Part shown: one piece after another, positions 29,104 through 39,228 of the stretch
Layout of the letters: the number at the start of each line of letters is the position of its first letter
How positions within the stretch are numbered: position 1 is the first letter of the stretch
DNA from: Planctomycetota bacterium
GTDB lineage: Bacteria; Planctomycetota; PLA2; JAEUHO01
Direction: 5' to 3'
NCBI GenBank assembly: GCA_965223505.1
Contig: CBDCWP010000007.1
Span: forward strand, 32,001-96,000
DNA: 64,000 nt
Notes under the pieces: model-generated
The model's input: only the letters and a program-made list of their open reading frames with translations
What the model was told of the DNA's origin: nothing
Databases searched by the model: none
Translations under genes and position numbers: made by a program

Positions 29104-29976
29104 CTACGCCAGCTCGCGCAACTGCTCGTACAGCGCCTTCTGCGCGTCCGTCGGCTTCGCGGGGACGTCGACCATCACCGTTGCCAGCAGATCGCCGCCG
29201 CGGATTCCCTGGCCTTTGAGCCGCATGACCTGGCCCGACGAGGTGCCCGCAGGGATCTTCACCTGGGCTTCGCCGCGCAGCGTGCGTACCGTCGCGCTTC
29301 CGCCCAGCACCGCGGTGTGCGCAGGCGTGTGCAGCGCCACGTGAATGTCGTTGCCGTCGCGTCGCATGGACGGATCGGGCGCAACGCGGATGCGCAGCAG
29401 CAGGTCGCCGGGCGGTCCGCCGCGCATGCCCGCCTGACCGAGCCCGTTCAGACGCAGCTTGGCGCCGTCCGACGTGCCCTCCGGAATCGTGACCGTCACT
29501 TTGCGCATCGCTCCGCCGGCGCCGCCCAGCGACGGCGCGCGCAGCGTGACCTCGACCTTGCCGCCGAGCGCGGCGGTGCGGAAGTCGACGCGTAGCTCCG
29601 CTTCCATGTCGCGGCCGCGCTGCTGCACGTTGCGTGCATGGAACGGCACCCCGAAGCCGCCGAACAAATCGCCGTAGCGGCCGAGGATGTCCTCGATGGA
29701 GATCGACTGGAAGTCGCCGCCGAACATGTCGCCGAGGTCGCCGATCCCTCCGCCGAATCCGCCCCGAAGGCGCGCGTCGTAGGCCTTGCGCTTCTGCGCG
29801 TTCGACAGCACGTCGTACGCCTGGGAGAGCTCCTTGAAGCGCTCTTCGGCCTGCTTGTTCCCCGGGTTCTTGTCCGGGTGGTACTTGATCGCGGCCTTCC
29901 GATAGGCCTTGCGGATCTGGTCGTCGGAGGCGTCCTCGGGCACGCCCAGCACTTCGTAGAGATTCTTGGCGCTCAC
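29104..29976 (-). CDS. DnaJ-class chaperone lacking the Zn finger (CbpA-like)
   Basis: J domain with HPD, G/F region, C-terminal domain. Confidence 0.9.
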   Translation of the reverse strand: MSAKNLYEVLGVPEDASDDQIRKAYRKAAIKYHPDKNPGNKQAEERFKELSQAYDVLSNAQKRKAYDARLRGGFGGGIGDLGDMFGGDFQSISIEDILGRYGDLFGGFGVPFHARNVQQRGRDMEAELRVDFRTAALGGKVEVTLRAPSLGGAGGAMRKVTVTIPEGTSDGAKLRLNGLGQAGMRGGPPGDLLLRIRVAPDPSMRRDGNDIHVALHTPAHTAVLGGSATVRTLRGEAQVKIPAGTSSGQVMRLKGQGIRGGDLLATVMVDVPAKPTDAQKALYEQLRELA

Positions 29977-30014
29977 GGCGAGCAAGGTACCTCCAATCGG
30001 GCCGTGACGAACCT

Positions 30015-30339
30015 ATGCTGGCCCCGATGCCCACTCGTTCGGCCGAGGCGCCCGTTCGCGATCTCCCCGTGGAAGGAATGCACTGCGGCGGTTGCGCGGC
30101 GAGTGTCGAGAAGCTCGTCGCCGGCCGCCGATCGCTCGGTCGCAGGCCGGCTGGGCATCGACGCGTCGAGGCGGAGATCGATCCGCTGGGGAAGGCGGCG
30201 CGCGTCAAGGCGCGGCGCGAACGAGGCGTCGTCGCGATGGTCGGCGACGGCGTGAACGATGCGCCCGCGCTCGCGGAGGCCGACGTCCAGTGTGTCCGTG
30301 GTGACCAACTCGCTGCGGCTGCGGCGGGTGCGGCTCTAA
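30015..30339 (+). pseudogene. Collapsed relic of a P1B heavy-metal ATPase (CopA-like)
   Basis: GMHCGGC, MVGDGVNDAPALAEADV and SSVSVVTNSLRL within ~320 bp. Confidence 0.8.
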
Positions 30340-30351
30340 GATGACCTCCTG

Positions 30352-31146
30352 ATGAAGGCCCCCGCGCACCACCGCCTGCCGCCGATCGCGGACCTCCCGC
30401 CGATGGCGACACCGGTTCACGTGGTGGGGGACGTTCATCTATGCCCCGAGGAGCCGGAGGTCGTTCAGCGCTTCTTGGCGTATCTCGACAGCGTCGCCGC
30501 GCGCGGCGGCACGCTGGTCCTGCTCGGCGACGTCTTCGACTACTGGGTCGGCCGCCCGCAGGCGCGCGACGCGTTCTCGCAACCGATCCTGGCGAAGCTG
30601 AAGGCGGTGGCGGAGGCGGGGGTCGAGATCGCGTTCCAACCCGGCAATCGCGACTACCCCTTCGACGGCAGCGAGGAGATGCCGATCACCGTTTGGCCCG
30701 ACGTCGTGCGCACCCTTTGGGGCGACCGCACGGTGCTTCTGACGCACGGCGATCTTCTGTGCACGTCGGACCACGGCTACTTGAAGTACCGCAACGCGAC
30801 CCGGACCGCGAACGGCAAGCAGCGGCTCTGGAGCCGGCTGATTCCCTATTCGGTCGCGAGCTATCTCGCGCGCGGCCTGCGCAACGTGTCCATGCGCGAG
30901 ACGAAGCGCAAGTCCCCGTCGATGATGGGCATCGACTATGCCGTCGCGCGCTCGTGGCTCGAGACGGCCGACGCCGACGTGCTCGTCGCGGGGCACGTGC
31001 ACACCGGTGTGCACCATTACCTGCCCGAAGATCCCGATGCGAGCTCGCGACGCGACGTGTTCGTCCTGCTCGACTGGGAGCACGGCGGCGGCGTCGTCGA
31101 GTTCGACGGGTCGTCGATCCGCCTGGTGCGACCGGAGGGGGCATGA
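30352..31146 (+). CDS. lpxH: UDP-2,3-diacylglucosamine diphosphatase (start may be 30403)
   Basis: DVHL, LGDVFDYW.G, GNRD, HGD..CT.D..Y, GHVH, DW. Confidence 0.8.
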   Translation: MKAPAHHRLPPIADLPPMATPVHVVGDVHLCPEEPEVVQRFLAYLDSVAARGGTLVLLGDVFDYWVGRPQARDAFSQPILAKLKAVAEAGVEIAFQPGNRDYPFDGSEEMPITVWPDVVRTLWGDRTVLLTHGDLLCTSDHGYLKYRNATRTANGKQRLWSRLIPYSVASYLARGLRNVSMRETKRKSPSMMGIDYAVARSWLETADADVLVAGHVHTGVHHYLPEDPDASSRRDVFVLLDWEHGGGVVEFDGSSIRLVRPEGA

Positions 31147-32012
31147 GGTACCGCGACCCCGTCTACCGGCCGCCGTCGGAGGCCAACTCGTACCTGTTGC
31201 ACGTGACCTACGGCTGCAGCCACAACGAGTGCACGTACTGCGCGATGTATCGCTCCAAGCGGTTCGAGGTCCGGCCGGTCGCCGAGGTCCTGGAGGACAT
31301 CGAGACCGCCGCACAGCTCATGCCCGAGACGCGCCGCGTGTTCCTCCTCGACGGCGACGCGCTGACGCTCTCGGCCAAAAAGCTGATCCCGATCCTGGAG
31401 GCGCTGCGCGTCCACTTTCCGAACCTGCAGCGCGTGACCGCCTACGCCAACGCGATCTCGGTCAACAACAAGACGGACGAGGAGCTGGTCCGGCTCCGGG
31501 AGCTCGGCTTCGCGATCGGCTACATCGGCCTCGAGACCGGCGACGAGATCGTCAACGAGCGCATCGTGAAGGGCGCGACGATCGAAGAGCAGGTGCGCGC
31601 GGTGCGGCGCGCCCAGGCCGCCGGCATCAAGATGAGCGTGATGACGCTACTCGGGATGGGGGGGCGGGACCGCAGTCGCGAGCACGCCGTCGCGACGGGC
31701 AGGGTTCTGTCCGAGATGGATCCGCGCTTCATCTCGTGCCTGTGCGTGACGCCGGTGCCGGGGACACCGCTCTACGACGACGTCGAGGCGGGTCGCTTCG
31801 AGGTGATCACGCCGGAGGAGACGCTCGACGAGCTCTACGCGTTGGTCGAGAACACGCATGTCTCGGGCGCCGTCTTCCGCAGCAACCACGCGAGCAACTA
31901 CCTGCCGTTGGGCGGCCGGTTACCGGCGGACCGGGAGCGGCTCTTGGAGGCCATCGACGCGGCCCGCCGCGGCGAGGTCGCGCTGAAGCCGGAGGCATTC
32001 CGCGGACTCTGA
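31143..32012 (+). CDS. Radical SAM protein
   Basis: YRPPSEA, GCSHNECTYC.MY, FRSNHASNY; ATGA overlap with lpxH. Confidence 0.9.
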   Translation: MRYRDPVYRPPSEANSYLLHVTYGCSHNECTYCAMYRSKRFEVRPVAEVLEDIETAAQLMPETRRVFLLDGDALTLSAKKLIPILEALRVHFPNLQRVTAYANAISVNNKTDEELVRLRELGFAIGYIGLETGDEIVNERIVKGATIEEQVRAVRRAQAAGIKMSVMTLLGMGGRDRSREHAVATGRVLSEMDPRFISCLCVTPVPGTPLYDDVEAGRFEVITPEETLDELYALVENTHVSGAVFRSNHASNYLPLGGRLPADRERLLEAIDAARRGEVALKPEAFRGL

Positions 32013-32070
32013 CCGCGCGGCGTTTCAGCGCGGGCCTTCAGTGGCCGACCCACCAAGTAGAGTCGTCAGT

Positions 32071-33549
32071 GTGGATCCCGTGCGTACGTTCCGTTCCTCC
32101 CTCCTCCTCGTCGTCGCCGTCGCCCTCGGTCTGCCGGCCGCCCTGCCCGCCGCCAAGGCGGAAGCGTCCCGGTCCACGGCCCTGGAGCGGCGGATCGCCG
32201 CGATCCTCAAGAAGCACGGGATCGCGCAGGACCGCGCGGGCATCGCCGTCCTCGAACGCGCGCCCCGCGGACGCGTCGTCGCCGCCCTGGGCCAGACCCA
32301 GCCGCTGATTCCCGCCTCCGTCGCCAAGGTGCTCACGGCCGCTTCCGCGCTGGACCACCTCGGCCCCGGGTACGAGTTCACGACGCGCGTCACGGCGCGC
32401 GGACAGATCACCGGCGGGGCGCTGCACGGCGACCTCGTCGTCCACGGCAGCGGCGATCCCAACCTGTCCGGACGCCTCTACGACGGCAACCGCACCCACG
32501 TGCTCACGACGCTCGCCAAGTCCGTGCGCCGCGCGGGCATCCAGAAGGTGCGCGGCGCGCTCGTCCTGGACGACACCGTCTTCGACCGTGACTTCACGCA
32601 CGCGGGCTGGACGTCGAAGGACAAGCAGCATCACTACGGCGCCGGCGTCGGCGGCCTCGCGTTCAACGAGAGCTGCCTCGTCGTGCGGGCGGTCGGGTCC
32701 GACCGCACCGGCGCGCGCGCGACGCTCGAGTTTCCGGCCACCCGCGCGGGCCTGAAGATCGTCAACGCGACGAAGACGCGCGCCGGCAAGGCCGGCGTCG
32801 TCGGCGGCATCTGGTCCAACGCCGGCCGGTCGCTGCGCATCCAGGGCAAGATCGGCGCCCGCCAGGAGGTCGAGGCGCGGCTGCCGGTGCCGGATCCGGT
32901 CGACTTCTTCGGCGAAGCGTTCGCCTCCGTGCTCGCATGGAACGGGGTCGAGGTGGTGGGCGGCATCCGCGTCGCCGAGCACGCGTCGGATCGCCGCGCC
33001 GGCAAGCTGGTCGCCGAGCACCGCACGGACCTGGCGTCCTCGCTCGCGGTGATGAACACCTACAGCCACAACTTCTACGCATCGATGATCTTCAAGGCCT
33101 GCGGCGCCGCGGCGCTCGGGACCGGCTCGTGGAACAGCGGCTCGCAGGCCGTGTTCGTCATGGCCAAGCGCCGTCACGTCGATGACGGGGGCCGCACGCG
33201 GGTCGTGGACGGATCGGGCTTGAGTCCCGACAGCCGCGTCACGGCGGGGTTGCTCGCGCAGGTTCTGCACGCATTCGACCAGGATCTGCTGCGCGGCCCT
33301 GTCCTGCTGGAGACGCTGCCGGTCTCGGGCGAGTCCGGGACGCTTCGCCGGCGGCTGCGGGCGAAGGGCTTGAAGGGCCGGATCCACGCCAAGACGGGCA
33401 CCCTGAACGACGTCAGGGTCCGCTCGTTGGCCGGCTACGTGGACGGCCGGGGCGGCAAGCCGGGGTACGTCTTTGCCATCCTATTGAATGGGCGCGGCGC
33501 CAATCACGGCGTCATCGACGAGATCGTCACGGAGATCGCGCGGCGGTAG
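32071..33549 (+). CDS. dacB: D-Ala-D-Ala carboxypeptidase/endopeptidase (PBP4, S13)
   Basis: PASVAK, SHN, DGSGLS, KTGT. Confidence 0.9.
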   Translation: MDPVRTFRSSLLLVVAVALGLPAALPAAKAEASRSTALERRIAAILKKHGIAQDRAGIAVLERAPRGRVVAALGQTQPLIPASVAKVLTAASALDHLGPGYEFTTRVTARGQITGGALHGDLVVHGSGDPNLSGRLYDGNRTHVLTTLAKSVRRAGIQKVRGALVLDDTVFDRDFTHAGWTSKDKQHHYGAGVGGLAFNESCLVVRAVGSDRTGARATLEFPATRAGLKIVNATKTRAGKAGVVGGIWSNAGRSLRIQGKIGARQEVEARLPVPDPVDFFGEAFASVLAWNGVEVVGGIRVAEHASDRRAGKLVAEHRTDLASSLAVMNTYSHNFYASMIFKACGAAALGTGSWNSGSQAVFVMAKRRHVDDGGRTRVVDGSGLSPDSRVTAGLLAQVLHAFDQDLLRGPVLLETLPVSGESGTLRRRLRAKGLKGRIHAKTGTLNDVRVRSLAGYVDGRGGKPGYVFAILLNGRGANHGVIDEIVTEIARR

Positions 33550-33588
33550 CCGGACGCTCCGCGCGAACGAAGCGAGTCGAAGAACCCC

Positions 33589-34890
33589 ATGATCGAGCTG
33601 CCTCTATCGCACGCACCGCTGGCCGACCGCATGCGGCCGGCTGCGCCCGAGGACGTCCGTGGACAGGACCACGTGCTCGCGGAGGGCTCGTTGCTGCGCA
33701 CCGCGTTCGAGGGCGGCAGCGTGCCGAGCCTCGTCTTCTGGGGCCCGCCGGGCACCGGAAAGACCACGCTCGCGCGCGTGCTCGCCGACCGAAGCGCGAT
33801 GGCGTTCGAAGCCCTGTCCGCCGTCACCTCCGGCGTGAAGGACGTGCGCGCCGTGATCGCGCGCGCCAAGGAGCGCCAGACCGAGGGCCGGCGCACGTTG
33901 CTCTTCGTCGACGAGATCCATCGCTTCAACAAGGCGCAGCAGGACGCGTTCTTGCCCCACATCGAGGACGGCACCATCGTGCTCGTGGGGGCGACGACCG
34001 AGAACCCGGGCTTCGCCCTGATCGGGGCGCTTCTGTCGCGGCTGCGTGTCGTCACCTTGAATCCGATCGACGACGACGCGCTGTCCACCATCGTCGACCG
34101 CGCGCTTGCGGACGAGCGAGGCCTCGGCAACCGGCTCGCGCTGGGTGAGGACGGGCGCAGGGCGTTGCTGGCGTTGGCGGGCGGCGATGCGCGCCGCGCG
34201 CTGAACGTGCTGGAGTCGGCGGCCGCGTTGGCCCGTGCGAAGGACGCCGCCACGATCGATGCCGAGGAGATTCGCGAGGCGGCGCAGTCCCGGCTGACCG
34301 CGTACGACAAGTCCGGCGACGACCGCTACGACCTGCTCTCGGCGATTCACAAGTCGCTGCGCGGCAGCGACGTCGACGCTTCGCTGTTCTGGATGGGCCG
34401 CATGCTGGAGGGCGGTGAGGATCCGCTCGTCATCGCCCGGCGCCTGGTCGCCATGGCGTCGGAGGACGTCGGGCTGGCGGATCCACAGGCGCTTCGCATC
34501 GCACTCGACGCGAAGGAGGCCGTCGCGTTCCTCGGCCTCCCGGAAGGGGCCCTGCCGCTCACGCAAGCCGTCATCTACCTGGCCACCGCGCCCAAGTCGA
34601 ACAGCGTCGTCCGGAGCCTGAACGCCGCGAAGGACGCAGCGCGGGAGCACGTCGAGCTTCCGGTCCCGACCCACATCCGCAATGCCCCGACGCGCCTGGC
34701 CAAGTCGCTCGGCCACGGCGAGGGGTACCGATATCCGCACGCGTTCGAGCACGCGTACGTCGCGCAGGCGTACCTGCCCGATGCGCTTGCCGACCTCTCG
34801 CTCTACGCGCCCACGGAGGTCGGGGACGAGCGCGAGACGGCGAAGCGTTGGGCCTGGTGGCGCAAGTTGCGCGAACAGGGCGGCGAATGA
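33589..34890 (+). CDS. rarA: Replication-associated recombination protein A
   Basis: PLADRMRP, GPPGTGKTT, DEIHRFNKAQQD, GATTENP, SEDVGLAD. Confidence 0.95.
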   Translation: MIELPLSHAPLADRMRPAAPEDVRGQDHVLAEGSLLRTAFEGGSVPSLVFWGPPGTGKTTLARVLADRSAMAFEALSAVTSGVKDVRAVIARAKERQTEGRRTLLFVDEIHRFNKAQQDAFLPHIEDGTIVLVGATTENPGFALIGALLSRLRVVTLNPIDDDALSTIVDRALADERGLGNRLALGEDGRRALLALAGGDARRALNVLESAAALARAKDAATIDAEEIREAAQSRLTAYDKSGDDRYDLLSAIHKSLRGSDVDASLFWMGRMLEGGEDPLVIARRLVAMASEDVGLADPQALRIALDAKEAVAFLGLPEGALPLTQAVIYLATAPKSNSVVRSLNAAKDAAREHVELPVPTHIRNAPTRLAKSLGHGEGYRYPHAFEHAYVAQAYLPDALADLSLYAPTEVGDERETAKRWAWWRKLREQGGE

Positions 34891-34995
34891 AGGTCGGTGC
34901 GATCGCTGATGTACACGTTCGGTGCGCTGGGACCGCTCTACATCGCGGTGTACACCTGGCTTGCCCGCAAGACGGAGCGCGTCCGAAGCGTCGAG

Positions 34996-36198
34996 CTAGG
35001 TTCCGGCGACCGTCTTGCGAAAGCGGCGCACGAACTCGTCCACGTTGAGCTCTTCGTCGAGCGCTCGCTGGCCCGCCGCCACCGCCGCGTCGTACGGAGC
35101 GGAGTCTTCGACCAGGGACGTGAGCGCGCTCCGGATCTTGCCGGTCTCCAACGAGTGACACGCAACGCCCGCCGGATAGCGCGCGAGGAACTCCGACGGC
35201 GACGACACCTCGGGTCCGTGGAAGAAGATCGGACGCCCGGATGCGAGATAGGTGGTCATCTTGTTCGGGAAGCAGAGCCGAACCGAGACCGCGCGATCCC
35301 GGTCGAACCAGTACGGCAGGTACGCAACGTGCGACGACGCCATCAGGTCCGCCGCTTCCTCCGGCGTGCGCCAACCCATGCACTCGACGTAGCCCTCGGC
35401 GAACTCCGGCAGCTTCGGCTCGCGCCCGATGTGACGCACGCGCACGTCGCGGCCGGCGATCGTCCAATCGGCCTCGTCGAGGGCGCGTAGCAGCGCGTCC
35501 CACTCCGACCGCGCGTACAAGCTGCCGGCGAAGCCGATCACCAGCGGCTCGTCCGGTGCGGGATAGGCGCCGGGTGGGCGCCGTTCCTCCGGCGTCACGC
35601 CCATGATGAGCACCTCGGACTCGCGGCCGAACCGCTCGCGGTACGCGGCGCGCATCGGTTCCGACGCGGTGCCGAGTCCGTGGCACGAGCGAATGCACCG
35701 CTCGAACGCGCGGTACATGCGACGCGCGACGAGGCGGTGCATGCGCAGGTCCTTCGCGAACGACTCCGGCGGGTCGTTCACGGTCACGATGAGCGGCACC
35801 CCGAGCAGGCGCGCCGTCTCCTCGGCCATGTAGATCAACGTCGGGCGGTGGAGCACGACCCAGACGGCCTCGACGCCCTGAGCACGGGCGAAGTCCGCCG
35901 CCTGTCGGGCGAGCGCCGGCGCCTGCACGCGCCGGATGCGGTCGTGGATCCAGAAGGAGGTCAGCGGCCGCAACGATCGCCACATGCCGCCGACCTTCTC
36001 GCGGGGACGAAGTCCCGCCATGACGGTCAGTCCCTGCCAGGTCGTGACCTCACCCGGCGTGGCCTTGCCGTCGACGCTGAAACGCACGAGACGACCCTCG
36101 GGATACCCGACACAGAGTCGTTGCAGGAAGACCGCGCCGGCGTGCGGCGCGTCCGGCGCCCCGTGAGCGACGAGCAGCAGCTTGGGCGCCGTCTCCAT
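34996..36198 (-). CDS. GT-B (GT4-like) glycosyltransferase
   Basis: FAGSLY, FPNKMTTYLASGRPI. Confidence 0.75.
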   Translation of the reverse strand: METAPKLLLVAHGAPDAPHAGAVFLQRLCVGYPEGRLVRFSVDGKATPGEVTTWQGLTVMAGLRPREKVGGMWRSLRPLTSFWIHDRIRRVQAPALARQAADFARAQGVEAVWVVLHRPTLIYMAEETARLLGVPLIVTVNDPPESFAKDLRMHRLVARRMYRAFERCIRSCHGLGTASEPMRAAYRERFGRESEVLIMGVTPEERRPPGAYPAPDEPLVIGFAGSLYARSEWDALLRALDEADWTIAGRDVRVRHIGREPKLPEFAEGYVECMGWRTPEEAADLMASSHVAYLPYWFDRDRAVSVRLCFPNKMTTYLASGRPIFFHGPEVSSPSEFLARYPAGVACHSLETGKIRSALTSLVEDSAPYDAAVAAGQRALDEELNVDEFVRRFRKTVAGT

Positions 36199-36201
36199 GG
36201 A

Positions 36202-37290
36202 CTACTCGCCGTGACGGTGGCTCATCAGGATGCCGCGCACCGTATCGCTGACGTTCTCGACGAGGTATTCGGGGGGCGGCGTCCAGTGGCCGCCCCGAAC
36301 CAGCGCGGCGCCGACGCAACGCTCGATCGTGTCGGGGTCGGCGCCCGCCAGGAGATTGCTGCCGCACTCGAGCGTCTCGGGCCGCTCGGTCACGTCGCGA
36401 ATCGTCACGTTCGGCACGCCGAAGATGCAGCACTCCTCCTGCACGGTGCCGCTGTCGCTCAAGACGCAGCGCGCGTTGCGCTCCAGATGAACGAAGTCGA
36501 AGAACGAGAACGGCGGCAGGAACCGCACTTCGCCTCCGGCGGCGTCCACGCCGTGGTGCGTCATGCGGTCCTTGGTGCGCGGATGCGTGCTCACGACGAC
36601 GGGCACCCCGTGCGCCTTCGCGAGCCGACGAAGGGCCGTCGTGAGCGCGCGCAGGCGCGGCTCGACGTCGACGTTCTCCGCACGGTGCATCGTGACGACG
36701 AAGTACGCGCCGTCTTCGAGGCCCAGCTCGTCGCGGATCGTGGACGCTTCGATCGAGGGCGCGTGGTGGTTCAGCACCTCGAGGATCGGATTGCCGGTGA
36801 CGATGACCCGTTGGCCTTCGAAGCCTTCGCGCAGCAGGTTCATCCGGCTGCGCTCCGTGTAGGGCATCAGCACGTCGCTCGAGTGATCGATGACGCGGCG
36901 ATTGACCTCTTCGGGCACGCGATCGTCGAAGCAGCGGTTGCCGGCTTCCATGTGGTAGACGGGGATCCCCATGCGCTTCGCGACGACGGCCGACAAGCCG
37001 CTGTTGGTGTCCCCCAGGATCAGCAGCCGGTCCGGTCGCTCCTCGTCCAGAACGCGCTCGCTCTCGGCCAGGATGTTGCCGATCTGCCGGCCGAACCCGT
37101 CGGCGCGAACGTCGAGCCGGTGATCGGGCGCGCGCACGCCGAGCTGATCGAAGAACACGTCCGAAAGCGCGGGGTCGTGGTTCTGCCCCGTGTGTACCAG
37201 CACGTGGTCGCAGGACTTGTCGAGCTTGTCGATCACGAGCGACAACCGGATGATCTCGGGGCGCGTGCCGAGGATGGTGACGATCTTCAT
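36202..37290 (-). CDS. UDP-N-acetylhexosamine 2-epimerase (FnlC/WbjD/WecB family)
   Basis: GTRPEII, HTGQ, GDTNS, HMEAGNR, DSGTVQEE, TERPE. Confidence 0.9.
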   Translation of the reverse strand: MKIVTILGTRPEIIRLSLVIDKLDKSCDHVLVHTGQNHDPALSDVFFDQLGVRAPDHRLDVRADGFGRQIGNILAESERVLDEERPDRLLILGDTNSGLSAVVAKRMGIPVYHMEAGNRCFDDRVPEEVNRRVIDHSSDVLMPYTERSRMNLLREGFEGQRVIVTGNPILEVLNHHAPSIEASTIRDELGLEDGAYFVVTMHRAENVDVEPRLRALTTALRRLAKAHGVPVVVSTHPRTKDRMTHHGVDAAGGEVRFLPPFSFFDFVHLERNARCVLSDSGTVQEECCIFGVPNVTIRDVTERPETLECGSNLLAGADPDTIERCVGAALVRGGHWTPPPEYLVENVSDTVRGILMSHRHGE

Positions 37291-38351
37291 GCCAGCAGCT
37301 CGTCCGTCTCTTCCGCGCGATCGTCGACGTGGAGCCGGTGCTTCGCGAGCAGCGCGTCGAGCTCGTCGCGGGTCATGAGGAAGTCGCCGGAGCTGTACTC
37401 CTTCGTCAGCGCGGGCTCGATGCCGTCGGCCTGCGCGAGCTCCGGAAGGATCGGCCTGACGACGTAGTAGTCGCCGCGCTCGACCGTGCGATGCACCTCT
37501 TCCTCGGACACGAGGATCTCGTGCACCTTCTCGCCCGGCCGAATGCCGATGACCTTCGTCTCGATCGGCCGGTCGCCGATCAGCGCGGCGGCCAGGTCGG
37601 TCACCCCGGCGGCCGGCACGCGCGGGATGTACATGTCGCCGCGCTCGCCGCCCGTCAACGCCGCGAAGACGGTGTCGACGGCCTGGTCGAGGCTCAGGAG
37701 GAAGCGCGTCATCTCCGCGGTCGTGATCGTCACGGGACCGCCGGCGCGAATCTGCTCGTGGAAGAGCGGGATGACCGAGCCGCGCGAGCTCAGGACGTTG
37801 CCGTAACGAACGCAGACGAAGCGCGTGTTGGGCGCGTCGAGGTTCGCCTTGATGAAGATGCGCTCCTGGATCGCCTTGGTCATGCCCATGACGTTGACGG
37901 GCTTGCAAGCCTTGTCGGTGCTGATGCCGATGACGGTGTCCACCGGGAGCTGGTGATTGCGGATCGCCTTGACGATGTTCGACGCGCCGCCGACGTTCGT
38001 GTCGGTCGCCTGGCTCGGGAAATACTCGCAGGTGGGCACCTGCTTGAGCGCGGCCGCGTTGAACACGACGTCCGACTCGCGCAGCGCCGCCGTCACGTCG
38101 TTGATGTCGCGAACGTCGCCGATCCGGAAGTGGAGGGCGTCGGCGGCCGTCTGGTAGATGACCTCGTCGGTCGCCGCGCGGCGCTTGTGGTAGTGCAGCC
38201 GCATCTCGTGCTGCTTGGCTTCGTCGCGCGAGAGCACGGTGATGCGCGCGGGCGCGCCCAGCTCGCCCGACAACAGCCGCCGCACGAGCACCTTGCCGAG
38301 CGAGCCCGTGCCGCCGGTCACGAGCACGCGCTTGTTCTCAAGTACGGACAC
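37287..38351 (-). CDS. UDP-GlcNAc 4,6-dehydratase/epimerase (FnlA/CapE/WbjB family)
   Basis: TGGTGSLG, SRDEAKQ, AALKQVP.CE, STDKA, RYGNV..SRGSVIP, GIRPGEK.HE. Confidence 0.9.
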   Translation of the reverse strand: MSVLENKRVLVTGGTGSLGKVLVRRLLSGELGAPARITVLSRDEAKQHEMRLHYHKRRAATDEVIYQTAADALHFRIGDVRDINDVTAALRESDVVFNAAALKQVPTCEYFPSQATDTNVGGASNIVKAIRNHQLPVDTVIGISTDKACKPVNVMGMTKAIQERIFIKANLDAPNTRFVCVRYGNVLSSRGSVIPLFHEQIRAGGPVTITTAEMTRFLLSLDQAVDTVFAALTGGERGDMYIPRVPAAGVTDLAAALIGDRPIETKVIGIRPGEKVHEILVSEEEVHRTVERGDYYVVRPILPELAQADGIEPALTKEYSSGDFLMTRDELDALLAKHRLHVDDRAEETDELLA

Positions 38352-39213
38352 GCCGGATCTCCTCGTAGGGGGTCGGGTCGGCCGCCATGCGCTCCACGAG
38401 CGCCGGCCACGCCGGGAACGATAGCCCGGTTGCCGTTCGGAAGCGCGAGCCATCGAGGCTGCGGTCGATCACGACGGATTCGTCGGGCTCGACCGAGACG
38501 CCTGCGCCGTAGGCGGCGTCGATCAGGCGCAGCAGCTCGAGCTTGTCGATGGGGTCCGCTGCGACGTGGTAGATGCCCTCGAGCTTCGGGTGGTGCTCGG
38601 CGATCTGCTCGACGGCCTGCGCCAGCTCGAGCGTGGGCACGCCGCTGAAGACGGCCTTCGCGTAGCCCTTCACCGCGCCGCCGCGGTTGGACAGGAACCA
38701 CTCGACGAGCCCCTGCGTGCTCGCCAGCTCCCGGCCGATGATCGACGTGCGAAGCGTGAGACACCCCGGTCCCTCGACCTCGCCCAGGCGCTTCGAGCGA
38801 CCGTACAGATCGTCCGCGTCCGGCGTGTCCGACTCGCGGTAGCCGCCCTTCGCGCCGCGGAACACGCAGTCGGTGCTGAAGTGGATCAAGCGCGCGTTCG
38901 CAGCCCGGCACGCGTCGGCCAACCGGTGGGGGAGCGCGGTGTTGATCGCGGCCGCCTCGTCGGGATCGAGCTCGCGTTGCTTGACGAGGCCGATCGCGTT
39001 GAGCACCAGCGTCGGCTCCACGCGAGAGAGGAGCCGCCGCAGCTCGTCATCGTCGCGCGCATCGATCCCCGCCGCGATCTCGGCTTCCGGTGCGAGCTGC
39101 CGCAGAAGCTCGACCTGCGACGCCGAACGGACCGTACCGACGGCGCGGGGCCCGAAGCGCTGCAGCAGCTTGTGGCCGAGCATGCCTGCAGCGCCCAGGA
39201 CCAGAACCCGCAT
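38338..39213 (-). CDS. RmlD-like NDP-4-keto-6-deoxyhexose reductase
   Basis: GAAGMLG, STDCVF, YGRSK, RTSIIG. Confidence 0.85.
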   Translation of the reverse strand: MRVLVLGAAGMLGHKLLQRFGPRAVGTVRSASQVELLRQLAPEAEIAAGIDARDDDELRRLLSRVEPTLVLNAIGLVKQRELDPDEAAAINTALPHRLADACRAANARLIHFSTDCVFRGAKGGYRESDTPDADDLYGRSKRLGEVEGPGCLTLRTSIIGRELASTQGLVEWFLSNRGGAVKGYAKAVFSGVPTLELAQAVEQIAEHHPKLEGIYHVAADPIDKLELLRLIDAAYGAGVSVEPDESVVIDRSLDGSRFRTATGLSFPAWPALVERMAADPTPYEEIRRVRT

Positions 39214-39228
39214 TCGCGCCGAGCCTCC

